Shown here: piece after piece, positions 51,280 through 62,600 of the stretch
Layout: the number at the start of each line of letters is the position of its first letter
Numbering within the stretch: the first letter of the stretch is position 1
From: a virus
Direction: 5' to 3' (one strand)
Length of the DNA: 64,000 nt
Virus record (IMG/VR): IMGVR_UViG_3300031951_000022
Coordinates: 32,001 to 96,000 of that record
Made by a program: the position numbers and the translations under genes
The notes under the pieces: generated by a model
Seen by the model: only the letters and a program-made list of their open reading frames with translations
The model's database searches: none
What the model was told of the DNA's origin: nothing

Positions 51280-52961
51280 ATAATGGTATTTTTGTACAAG
51301 ATTCATATGATGGTAAAGTCTCTTTTGATTCTCAATCAATAAAGGGGTTGTTAGGTAATCCAACTCTTGTTCCGTTGCCGTATAGTTGCTCTTTTAATCG
51401 TTGGGATCCAAATAAGCTAGTCTATGTTATAGACACAAGACTGCAAAGTTCTACAACTATAACATTTAGTACTAGTAGTTTAATATATACTATTGATTGG
51501 GGTGATGGATATATAGAAAGTATTCGTGTAGCATCTCCATATTTTATTATACGGCACACTTATGCGACTCATGGCTCGTATATCATTCAAACAGATAACA
51601 TAAATAATCCAGTTATAGGTGAAGCCTCTTTAATAGGAATATTATCTTTTGGAACATTTCCTTCTAATGTAAACCTCATATATAATGGAGGAGGTGCTGG
51701 ATCTTTTGCTAACTCTTCAAATTTATTGTTTGTTCCATCTAATCTTCCGCTTCATAATTCGCTTGATTTAGGTACAGCATTAAATAACGCTTTTAAACTC
51801 AATGATCAAAATATTTCTTTGTGGGACACTAGCAAAGTCACCACAATGAGATTTTTATTTCAAAATAATAGATTTTTAAATCAGCCTCTAAATTCTTGGA
51901 ATACATCTAATGTAACATCTATGCAAGGAATGTTTGGCGGAGCTTTATCGTTTAATCAAGATTTGAGCAATTGGAATGTTCGCAAGGTAACGCTTTTTGA
52001 TAGTATGTTTGTGGGAGCAACTAATTTTAATGGTAGCCTTAGCGGGTGGGCGTTGGGTGCAGATACCGCTGGAGCAAGTTGCTCATCGATGTTCTCAAGC
52101 TGTATAAATTTTAATCAAGATTTAAATTCTTGGAATGTTAGTAAAGTTACTAATTTTAATGGTATGTTTAATGGCGCTAGTTCTTTTAATCAAAACCTTA
52201 ACTCTTGGAACACTATTTCTGCAACTACTATGGATAGTATGTTTGTTAACGCTGTTGCTTTTAATGGAGATGTTGGAAATTTTAATACTTCTAATGTTAC
52301 TAGTTTTGGCAATATGTTCAATACTGCTACCTCTTTCAATAAACCAATTAGTAATTGGAATGTTGGCAATGTTACCATTACAGCAAATATGTTTTTGAAT
52401 GCTACTAACTTTAATCAGTCGCTAGACAACTGGAATGTAAGGAAATGTACTAATATGTCTAGCATGTTTAATAATGCTCGTAATTTTAATAGTAGTTTAA
52501 ATAACTGGTCTCCCGGACTTGACTCAACAGGAGTTAATTGTAATGGCATGTTTAGATCTGCTAGATCATTTAATCAAAATCTTACTAGTTGGAATATGAG
52601 TAAAGTAAACAATATATCTGAAATGTTTTTATGCGATGGAATACCCGGAGGAAATGTGCCTAGTGCATTTCAAGGAGATATTAGTAATTGGAATTTGGCT
52701 GGATTAAATGCTAGTACATCATTAGATAATTTTATGAACGGAAAAAACTTAACAGACAGGTATTCAACAGCAAACTATGACGCTTTGCTTATCGGTTGGA
52801 ACAACAATAAATTGATTGGAGCTAATGGTGTAGCTAATTGGCGTACAGATTTGCGCCCCAATTTTGGTGGGGCAAGATATACAGCGGGCGGTGCAGCGGC
52901 AACGGCTAGAGCAGCCCTAGTAAGTTACGGATGGACAATAACAGATGGAGGAGTAGCATGA
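51276..52961 (+). CDS. BspA/DUF285 (PARCEL)-repeat surface protein
   Basis: >10 repeats of FNQ.L..WN.S.VT.M..MF; IDWGDG PKD-like N-terminal domain. Confidence 0.85.
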   Translation: MNNGIFVQDSYDGKVSFDSQSIKGLLGNPTLVPLPYSCSFNRWDPNKLVYVIDTRLQSSTTITFSTSSLIYTIDWGDGYIESIRVASPYFIIRHTYATHGSYIIQTDNINNPVIGEASLIGILSFGTFPSNVNLIYNGGGAGSFANSSNLLFVPSNLPLHNSLDLGTALNNAFKLNDQNISLWDTSKVTTMRFLFQNNRFLNQPLNSWNTSNVTSMQGMFGGALSFNQDLSNWNVRKVTLFDSMFVGATNFNGSLSGWALGADTAGASCSSMFSSCINFNQDLNSWNVSKVTNFNGMFNGASSFNQNLNSWNTISATTMDSMFVNAVAFNGDVGNFNTSNVTSFGNMFNTATSFNKPISNWNVGNVTITANMFLNATNFNQSLDNWNVRKCTNMSSMFNNARNFNSSLNNWSPGLDSTGVNCNGMFRSARSFNQNLTSWNMSKVNNISEMFLCDGIPGGNVPSAFQGDISNWNLAGLNASTSLDNFMNGKNLTDRYSTANYDALLIGWNNNKLIGANGVANWRTDLRPNFGGARYTAGGAAATARAALVSYGWTITDGGVA

Positions 52962-53425
52962 GTAGCGAAATACGAGCGGGAGATAATAGAACATACTGGA
53001 TTATTAGTAATGGTAATAGTTATGTGGACGGCGTGACCGATCCTAATCTTGTTACAACTGTTGGTAATGGTTGGCATATTTATTGGATAGGAAGCGATTA
53101 TAGTGAGTATTTAACGTCATGTAATAATTGCAATATAATGCCAAGAAATACTGATCCTAATACTCCTTCGATTTCTAATAATTATCCGAAGGTTAGCGCC
53201 AGACAGATAAGATTGTGGCTAATTCAAAATGGTATTAGTTTAAAGACCGTTTATGATGCTATCGATACTATTGAAGATCCAACTTTGAGAGATAGTGTAG
53301 CTGTAGAGTGGGAATATGCTCCATATATTGAGCGTAGTCATCACATGTTGGTTTCTTTGGCGGGAATTTTAGGTTTGACAGAAACTGATATAGACAGAGC
53401 TTTTAAAGAAGCTATTAGTCTATAA
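52958..53425 (+). CDS. fibre-associated hypothetical protein
   Basis: VSARQIRLWL...VEWEYA...R...LG....ID..F motif, typical next to fibre genes. Confidence 0.65.
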   Translation: MSSEIRAGDNRTYWIISNGNSYVDGVTDPNLVTTVGNGWHIYWIGSDYSEYLTSCNNCNIMPRNTDPNTPSISNNYPKVSARQIRLWLIQNGISLKTVYDAIDTIEDPTLRDSVAVEWEYAPYIERSHHMLVSLAGILGLTETDIDRAFKEAISL

Positions 53426-53473
53426 GGTGTATTTTATATAGTAAATATCTGACTTACAACAAAAGGGTCAAAA

Positions 53474-56105
53474 ATGAGCTGGCAAACCGAATTAACTATT
53501 ATAGTACGCACATTAATTAATGATTTAAATGAACCATATGAATTTTCAGATGCTAGAATACAGCAAATATTAACTGTAGCTGGCAAATATGTTCAATTTG
53601 ACGTTAACTTAGAACATCCATATACTATTGATGTTGTTAATAATAATATTAGTCCTGATCCCACAGTAGATAATGATAGTATTTTTACTAGTTTAGTTTG
53701 TTTAAAGGCTGCATGTATTATTGACCAAGGCACATTCAGAACAAAGGCGGCCCTAGAAGGCATTAGAACAGCACTAGGTTCAGCGTCATTGAGTTTTGGT
53801 GGTTCGTTAGCTGGATGGCAATCTATTATAGATCATGGGGCCTGTGGCCTATACGAAGAACTAACAAGCCATTGGGATGTTAGAAATGCTACGGCGTTTG
53901 CTGCTGTACTTAGTCCTTTCGTTAGTAATAAGTTTGATCCAAGATATCTTAATGTTGGACCATTCAGAAATGTTGGCAATAATGACTTTTATTCGTAAGG
54001 ATAATCCATGACATATCCCAATTTTCCTAATTTGCAGCAGATATATAATAATCAAATGGATTTATTGTTTGCTAGTACTGGATTAACCACAGAATGTCAA
54101 CTAAATTTTGGCATAACAAAAAAAGATATGTGTCCAAACTGTTTATATGATCCAGCCTTAAAAAAGTCTGCGAATAAATATAAAACTGGTGGGCCAATAG
54201 CTTTTTCTTTAGGTCAGCTTTGTCCATATTGTAATGGTCTGGGATATTATGGAGAAGAAACTACAGAAAATATTTTTATGGCTATTATTGCTGATCATAA
54301 AAAATGGATTAATCCACCCATTAATTTAGCCATTAGTGATAATGTTGTTCAGTCTATGTGTTCTAGAATTTATTTAGCAAGCATCAAAAGATGTAAAGAT
54401 ATGACAGTATTGTATAGTGCAACCAATACAAATCCAACATATACTCTATTCACAGATCCTACGCCTGCTGGACTTGGTGATAATAATTACATTATTTGTT
54501 TATGGAAAAATGTATGAACTTATCTTTAAAAATTTTAGAAACTAATCAAATTATTCAAAAGGAAATTCTTCAAGCTCTACTACCACAAGTAGATATCTAT
54601 ATGACTAGGATTATGGGTAATCTTAAAGAAAAACTACCTCCTATTGTGTCCAAAGCTATTACCAACAGACCAGAATATATGAGCTTAGTTAGCGGTAGAT
54701 TAAGACTAGAATTAGGAATACCGGACGCTTCTACCAAAGTATCACAACTAATACAAATATGGATCTCTAATATTCAATACACATACAAAAAACCACAAAT
54801 TAGTGGTGGCGCTATTAAAAGCTCTTTTTCTGCATCTCTAATCAAGAACGATTTTTCAGATGTAACTAATACTGAAGCAGGATCTGTGCAGGACAATATA
54901 AGAGGTTATAGTTTGCCTTGGTTAGAATGGTTGTTATTAGATGGCAATCGCACTATTGTTCCTAATCAGTCTGTAGTTATCGGACCCAATAACAGTTCTC
55001 GTACTGGAATGGCTATTATGAGAGAATCTCCGGGAGGATGGAAAGTTCCAGCAGAATTTACAGGAACTATCAACGACAACTGGATCACACGAGCGATAGA
55101 AGATGCTGCCCCAGACATTAACAATTTATTAAACAGGATTATGAAATCATGAGCTGCGAACACAACACCACCTTCAAAGGCATCAACAGTATATCTGATG
55201 ATCTATTACTAAATATAGTAGAATCAAACTTTAAAACTTTCTTCGATTGGGCATTTCTGCATATAGGGGCGTGGTTTGATGCCTCTGCCGCTAATAGCGG
55301 AACAATTTACGCCAATAGACCTCCTGCACAACTATTAGCTGTAGACGATATGTCTTATACAGACGGTAGGGTTTGGCAAGGGGTTAGAAAAGATTGGGTG
55401 TGGGAATATGAGTCTGTTTTTAATAGTGGGTCTCCTATTCAAATTAGTGGTGTTTATGTCAACAACAACTATGTGCCGTATGCTAGTGGTGGCTTTGTTG
55501 TGAACTATCCAGAAGGTAAAATTATTTTTGATAATCCGATATCAACTAATAGTTCGGTCAAAATCAACCATAGTTATAGATATGTGCAAGTTTATAGAGC
55601 AAGCGATAGTCCTTGGTTCAATGTTTTACAGTATCCGACATTCAATAATTCTTTGCCAGATATTCAGCAAATTTCGACGGGAGAGTGGTCAATAGGCTCA
55701 CAACATAGAGTTCAATTGCCATGCATTATTATAGATCCAGTACCCAGATCACGATCAAGACCTTATGAAATAGGCAATACAAGCTTATGGCTAGAACAAG
55801 ATATTGCTTTTTATGTTTTAGCCGAAAGTAAAAATGAAAGAAATAAACTTCTTGATATTATTCGTTTACAACAAGATCTAACTATTCAGCTTTACAATAC
55901 TAATAGCTTAACTCAAAACGATCAATATCCTCTAGATTATAATGGCGATTTAAAAAATAATCCATTAATGTATCCAGATATGATTGATCAATATCCTTGG
56001 AGAAAGTGTTTTATTAAGAATATTAGCCTATTTGAGATCGATTCTACAACTCCAGGTTTACACCAAGGCATGGCAAGGGCTACCGTGGAAATAATTTCTG
56101 GTTGA
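53474..56105 (+). CDS. head-tail connector/neck/tail-completion genes (53474-53998, 54008-54517, 54514-55152, 55149-56105)
   Basis: Synteny between fibre cluster and tail tube; sizes. Confidence 0.6.
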
Positions 56106-56206
56106 TTCGGAACCTTTAGTGTATCATAAAATAAGATTAATATAGCAAAATACCATCATATAATTAGTTATCACTAAACTACATTTCAATTAAGTGGAGA
56201 TAAATT

Positions 56207-57307
56207 ATGGCCAATAATCGTATCTATTATGCAATTCAACAGGTTAAACTAGGCCCCGCAGCAGGCGTCATGGCTCCCATAAACGGCTTACAAACTGTTG
56301 GCATGACAACAAACTTTAATCTAGAGCAAGTGTTTGAAATGGGTCAGTTGGCTATCTATCAAAACATCGAAAACGTACCAGATGTGGAAGTCACACTTAA
56401 TAAGGTTCTTGATGGTTATCCACTAGTATATGTTTTAGCTACTGAAGAAGGCTCTAGTGTCGCTACTGGTCTTACCGCAGTGAATCCAACAATTGCTGGT
56501 CGCCAAAATGCTCGTTGCGATATGAGACTATCTATTTTCAACGACACCAATGTGAGTTCTAGTGGTAATTCTATTGCTAATGTTACATGTTCTGGTATGT
56601 ATGTGAGTAGTGTAAGTTATACGTTTCCAGTTGATGGAAATTTTACAGAAGACGTAACACTAGTAGGAAACAATAAGGTTTGGGGTGGTGTAGTAACTGG
56701 TTCTTTTGCCGGAAATAATGATGAGCCATTATCTGCAACCGGTGTTGGTCGCAGACAATATCTAAGTATGGCTAATTGCAGATTTCCTACTCAAATCCCA
56801 GGCATCTCAGGAGACGGCACCAACGCATTATTAGGTAATGGCAGTGGTTACGCAGCACACTTCCAGAATATCTCAGTAAGTTGCGATTTTGGTCGTGAAG
56901 CCATTAGCGAACTAGGCACATTTGCTCCGTATCATCGCTATGTAACATTTCCTGTTGAAGTTACTAGTGAGTTTGAATTAGTTGCTGTTTCTGGAGATAT
57001 GATTAATGCCACAGAAAGTGGATATTATAGAGGCTTAACTGGTACAACGGTCGCTACACCAAGCGATACAGGCTGTGTTGCTCGTCATAATCTATTAGAT
57101 CAAACAATCTTCTTAGAAACATGCGAAGGCACCAGAATTTATCTTGGCACCAAGAATAAACTAACTAGTGTTAACTACACAGGTGGTGATACTGGTGGTG
57201 GTAACGTGAATGTCACATATAGCTATAGTACATTTAATGACTTTGTTGTGGCTCACTCTGGTGGTGATTTTTATAGTCAATTAGCCGGTAGTACATATAC
57301 TCCATAA
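56207..57307 (+). CDS. major tail (tube) protein
   Basis: MANNRIYYA start; duplicated beta pattern (EQVFEMG/EAISELG); position. Confidence 0.7.
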   Translation: MANNRIYYAIQQVKLGPAAGVMAPINGLQTVGMTTNFNLEQVFEMGQLAIYQNIENVPDVEVTLNKVLDGYPLVYVLATEEGSSVATGLTAVNPTIAGRQNARCDMRLSIFNDTNVSSSGNSIANVTCSGMYVSSVSYTFPVDGNFTEDVTLVGNNKVWGGVVTGSFAGNNDEPLSATGVGRRQYLSMANCRFPTQIPGISGDGTNALLGNGSGYAAHFQNISVSCDFGREAISELGTFAPYHRYVTFPVEVTSEFELVAVSGDMINATESGYYRGLTGTTVATPSDTGCVARHNLLDQTIFLETCEGTRIYLGTKNKLTSVNYTGGDTGGGNVNVTYSYSTFNDFVVAHSGGDFYSQLAGSTYTP

Positions 57308-57349
57308 TTGACTTAAACAAAAGACTCTGGAATTTTGTAGATAAGGACT

Positions 57350-59543
57350 ATGGATCAAACAACAGTAGGAATATATCTATCCAGAATTTTATCTGGGTAC
57401 TATATCTTTTTTTATCGTGGACAAAAATATAAACTCATATATCCTAATATGGATATAAAGTATGAGGCAGATATTTACGCCCAAGAGGAATATGAAAATA
57501 ATAAGTTTAATGATTGGATTTCTGATGATATGATTGTGGATAGTTTGGTTAGTATAGGAATGTGGTCATATAATGGCGATGATAATATAAAAAATATTGA
57601 GAAGCAGATAGAGGATCTTAAGGTAGATTTATATCAAAACTTTTTAAATCCACCAAAACTTAAATCTGTTCGTCGCACCCTAAACAATACAAAGAACACA
57701 TATGATAAGCTTTATCAGATTAGACATTCTTTAGACTCATGTACAGTTAAAGGTTATTGTAATGTTCTTAAAAATCAATATTTATTAATGCACAGTATAT
57801 ATGACAATAGCAATAATTTAGTATTTAATTCTAAAGATGCCGATTTTCAATTACTCAACTCTTTAGCGTCTATTATTGCAGAAAATACTATAGACCTTAA
57901 AACATTTCGCAGCATCGCTAGAGATGACGTATGGAAAAATTACTGGTCCGCTAATAATAATTATGTTTTTGATCAACCAACTATTAATTGGACAGACGAG
58001 CAAAAAACTTTAGTTGTATTAACTAAAATGTATGATAATGCATATCAACACCCAGAATGTCCAGAAGAAAAAGTAATTAATGATGACGATATGTTTGATG
58101 GTTGGATGATTTTACAGCGCAGAGAACACGAAAAAAATAAGAATAAAAATAGAACAGAGAAACTTTTAGAGGGTAAAAAATTAGGAAAAGCGGGTGAGAT
58201 ATTTATAATGGCTAATTCCCAAGAAGAAGCACAAAACATATATGACTTGAACGATATAACATCAAGACATATTATAAAAGAAAGACATTCTACTATTATT
58301 GGTACTAATAATGATGTTAGTGATTCACAGTTGCCAGATGTTAAGCGAAATATGGTAGTACAAAGTAATCAACAATTCAAAGATACTAGGAAATAACTTA
58401 TGGACAATATGCATAAAACAATTTTAACTAAAAGATTTCAAACCACAATGATTGGTGCGTTATTCGAATTTGAAAAAGTGTTTGGTTATTTATGGGGTCA
58501 AGACAAGCACGAGGATGAATTGACTAATAAAGAATTGGATTTTTTGGACAGATGGGATAGTGTCAGGAATCAAATTTTGAATAATGGTAATAGTCAGCTT
58601 CGTAAGGCTATTGCTGATCTAGATAAAGTAAATGGACAAATCAAATATAACTACCGTTTTTACCAAAAGAAAGAGGAATCAAATGAAGACCCAAAACTTT
58701 AAGATTATCAATAAAGAAGGCAAGGAAGTAGAACTTTTAGTCAGGTCTCCTTCTGCTGAAGATCAGAAGCAGGCTACTAAAGTTTATAATCAAGCTTTTA
58801 GTGACGCTATTAAGTCTAAGGCTATAGTCAGAGCTAAATTAGATGATGTATTAACAGAACAGGGACTATGGGACGGCAACAAACAGGTCAAGTTTTTAGA
58901 ATATCAAACAACTATTCTTGAGGGTGAGAGACAACTCGCTAAGGGCGGTATTTCCATCAATCAAGCTAGAGATATTGCCCTAAATATGAAAAAGGCAAGA
59001 GAAGATCTAAAAGAGCTAATTTCTGTTAAGACTAATTTAGACATACATACTGCCGAAGGACAGGCCGATAATGCTCGCTTTAATTATTTAGTTTCAGCTT
59101 GTACGGTGTATAGTGATACTAAAGAGCAATATTTTAAAGGTTATGATGATTATCTAAATAGATCAGGAGAAGTAGCAGCCCTACTTTCTGCTCAACATTT
59201 GGCCGCAATGATATATGGTTTGGACAATGATTATGAAGATAAGTTACCAGAAAACAAGTTTTTAAAGAAATACAAGTTTGTTGATACTAAACTTAGACTC
59301 ATAAACAAAGAAGGTAAGCTAGTAGATAGTGATGGTAGACTGATTGACGAAAGTGGTCGATTTATCAACGATAAGGGTGAGTTTGTTGATAAAGACGGTA
59401 ATGTCGTTGATCAAGAGGGTGACTATGTAGTAGACTTTAAACCATTTTTAGATGATAATGGACAACCAGTACTTGTGGAAGAAAAAAAGGATGAAACCAT
59501 CAACACAACTAGCGAGATTACAGAAGAAAAACAAACTAGTTAG
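57350..59543 (+). CDS. tail assembly chaperone region (57350-58396, 58400-58702, 58683-59543)
   Basis: Between tube and tape measure; P.E.VI.DDD.FDGW motif; last ORF has D..G.L repeats. Confidence 0.55.
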
Positions 59544-59571
59544 TAGTCCTAAATTTTATACATCATTTGAA

Positions 59572-59611
59572 TATATCCCCAAAGAATTAACTTCTTTTGG
59601 GGATATTTTTT
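59572..59611 (+). terminator. hairpin/terminator before the tape measure gene
   Basis: atatccccaaaga...tcttttggggatat + T-run. Confidence 0.65.
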
Positions 59612-59627
59612 ATAGAAGAGCTTAAAC

Positions 59628-62600
59628 ATGGCACAAGGCTTTAACTTAACAGCAGAAATTAATCTAAGAGGGCCAAGTAATATCAGGACTGTAGTGGCTG
59701 ATATTAGAAGACAGCTAGGTAGTATAGATGTTAACATTAATCCTAGGTTGGATCAAAATGCAGCTCGTAATATTACCAGTCTTAATAATAGCCTAACCAG
59801 ACTCAATTCCACGCTATCAGCCACCAGAACTTCTGCCACAGACGCAGCCAGAGCTATTAGAGATCTAACACAAGCTGCCAATGGTCTAGGCAATAGATCT
59901 ATTCAGCAAAATATCAATAACGCTGCTGCCGCATGTCAAAATCTTGGTAGGTCAGCGGGAGGTGCCGGTGGAGACATAGGTGGCGCCTCTACTAGAATAG
60001 AAGAGTTTGGTAGACAGTCAGCTTTAGCCGTTAGACGTTTTGCTGCATTCAGCTTAGTAACGGGCACGATATATGCTTTAACAGGAGCTATCAGTAGGGG
60101 TATAGATGCTTTTATTGATTTCGATAAAGAGTTTGTTAGATTACAACAGGTTACCGGAGAAAGTGCTAAAGGATTAAAGGGACTAGCCAACGCTATAACT
60201 TCTTTATCAACAAGCTTGGGCGTAAACTCAGCAGAACTAACTACCGTAGCTGTGACTCTCGCACAGGCTGGTTTAAGTGCGACAGACACTAAGAGAGCGT
60301 TAGATGCATTAGCGAAAAGTTCATTAGCTCCATCGTTCGACGATATTAATGAAACTGTGGAAGGTAGTATTGCTTTAATGAGACAGTTCGGCATTGGAGC
60401 TAACGATCTAGAAAAAGCCCTAGGCTCTATTAATGCTGTATCAGCAAAGTTCGCTGTAGAAGCTAGCGATATTATTACTGCTATTCAGCGTACGGGTGGT
60501 GTATTTGCCACAGCCAGTAGAGGTGTGAGCGAAGGCACAGATGCTCTTAATGAATTTATTGCAGTTTTTACAAGTGTACGACAAACTACTCGTGAAAGTG
60601 CAGAAACTATTGCTACTGGTTTAAGAACAGTATTTACTCGTATTCAAAGAGGTCAAACAATAGATGCTCTTAAAGAATTCGGTATTGAGTTGACAGATCT
60701 AGAGGATAAATTCGTAGGACCATTTGAAGCTATCAGAAGACTGAGTGAAGGTCTTAGTACATTAGATCCAAGAGATGTAAGGTTTTCACAGATCGTAGAA
60801 GAGCTTGGTGGCTTTAGACAAATCGGCAAGGTTATTCCATTAATTCAGCAGTTCGCCGTTGCCCAACAGGCTTTAAAAACAGCACAAACAGGACAAGACT
60901 CTTTGGCGGCCGATGCTGCAACAGCACAATTATCTTTAGCTAATCAAATAGCAAAAGTTAGAGAAGAATTTACGGCACTTATAAGATCAATAGGCGAGAG
61001 TGAAAGTTTTAGAAGTTTCGTAAGTCTCGCCTTACAATTAGCTAGCGCTCTTATTCAGGTGGCTGATGCTGCCAAGGGAGTGCTGCCCGCTTTAACTGCT
61101 ATTGCTGCTATTAGAGGTGCCTCGTTTTTAACTCAGTTCGTCACTGGGTTTGGTGGTGGTATTGGTGGTGGTCGTGGTGGTCGTGGCCCTCGTAGATTTG
61201 CTACTGGTGGTTTAGTGCCAGGATCGGGTAATAGAGATACTGTTCCTGCTATGCTCACTCCCGGCGAGTTTGTTATACGTAAAAAAGCCGTAGAACAAAT
61301 TGGAACAGATAATCTGCTTAATATGAATAAAGGCGGGAGAGTTATCAGTCCTGCTGCGACTGAGTCTAAAATGCCACAGCTTTTTATGGAGCGTGGAGGA
61401 GACGTTTCTAATGAAATTAGACAACAGTTAGATACAGGAAGAAAATCACAAGGGTTCTCTGGTCAGACAGCAGCTAAAGGACTAGGGAAAATTACATCCT
61501 TAAGTGAGCAAATCGCACTATCTCCAGATCTTAACGACGTTTATGGTGGTGCGTTTTTAAGTCCAGAGGGTAGTGTAAGAGATCTTAAGGGTTCATTAGA
61601 TAAAAATATAATATCTTCTATTGTTAAAGGAACAGATGCTTATAAAGTTTTATCTAGAGCTAGTGCTCAAACCCCAGAAGGTAAACTTGTATTAGGAGAA
61701 TTAAAGAATATTGAAAAAGCAGCCCAGGCTAAAGGTGATTTTAGTTTGGTTGCTGAGTCGCTCGCTAAAAGTAAATCAGAAAAAATAGAAAATACTATTT
61801 TAGGTAAAGTTTATGATGCTGTTGAAGATGGCTCCAAAGAACTTTCTTCTGCAACAAGGATATCTACAGGAGGAGCATCAGAAGCTACAAGAATTTTAAA
61901 ACAGTCTAATATAGATAATGTCATTGGTAATATTTATGAAGCTATTATTAGTAATGCTGGCTCTCCATATAACGAAAAGGATAGAGACTCTAGCAACGAA
62001 GCTTTCGATTTTCCGTCGGGGTTGGGGTCTGTTGCTTCAAATTTTGGTTCTGGTAGATTAGCTAAAATTATTACAGACGCTAAAACAAGATTTACCTCTG
62101 GGAATATATCATCATTTCTTAATAAAGTAAAGAATTTTGAAAGTAAAAAACTATCTAAAGAAGTAGAAGCCATCTTAGATAGACCAGATATTTTATCAGG
62201 ATTTAGTACGCGAGAGCTAGCAGATAAAAGAGCTTCTAGTGCTAGGTCTGAAGTAAAAAGATTGGTTGATACCAGGATACAAAGAAGAGCATCTGGTGGG
62301 TCCATATCTGGCGAAGACACTGTTCCTGCCATGTTAACCCCCGGCGAATTTATAATTAATAAAAAAGCAGCAAAAAGAATTGGTTCATCTAGTTTACATA
62401 ATCTAAATAGGGCAGATAGAATTGGATACAATAAGGGTGGTGCTGTAGGACATATTCAACATTTTGCTAGTGGCGGTGGAGTACAAAAGTTTTTTGCTGG
62501 TGGGGCTGTTGCCGGTGTGAGAATGTTATTCACATCTATGCCTAGAATTATACAAGGTTTTCAAAGACTATCTACTTCTGTTCAAACAAGTTCTAAAGGC

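Noticed and set aside
46937-52961. Diversity-generating retroelement targeting the fibre genes
   Set aside because: No reverse transcriptase and no TR/VR pair with adenine-specific differences seen; the repeats are protein-level.
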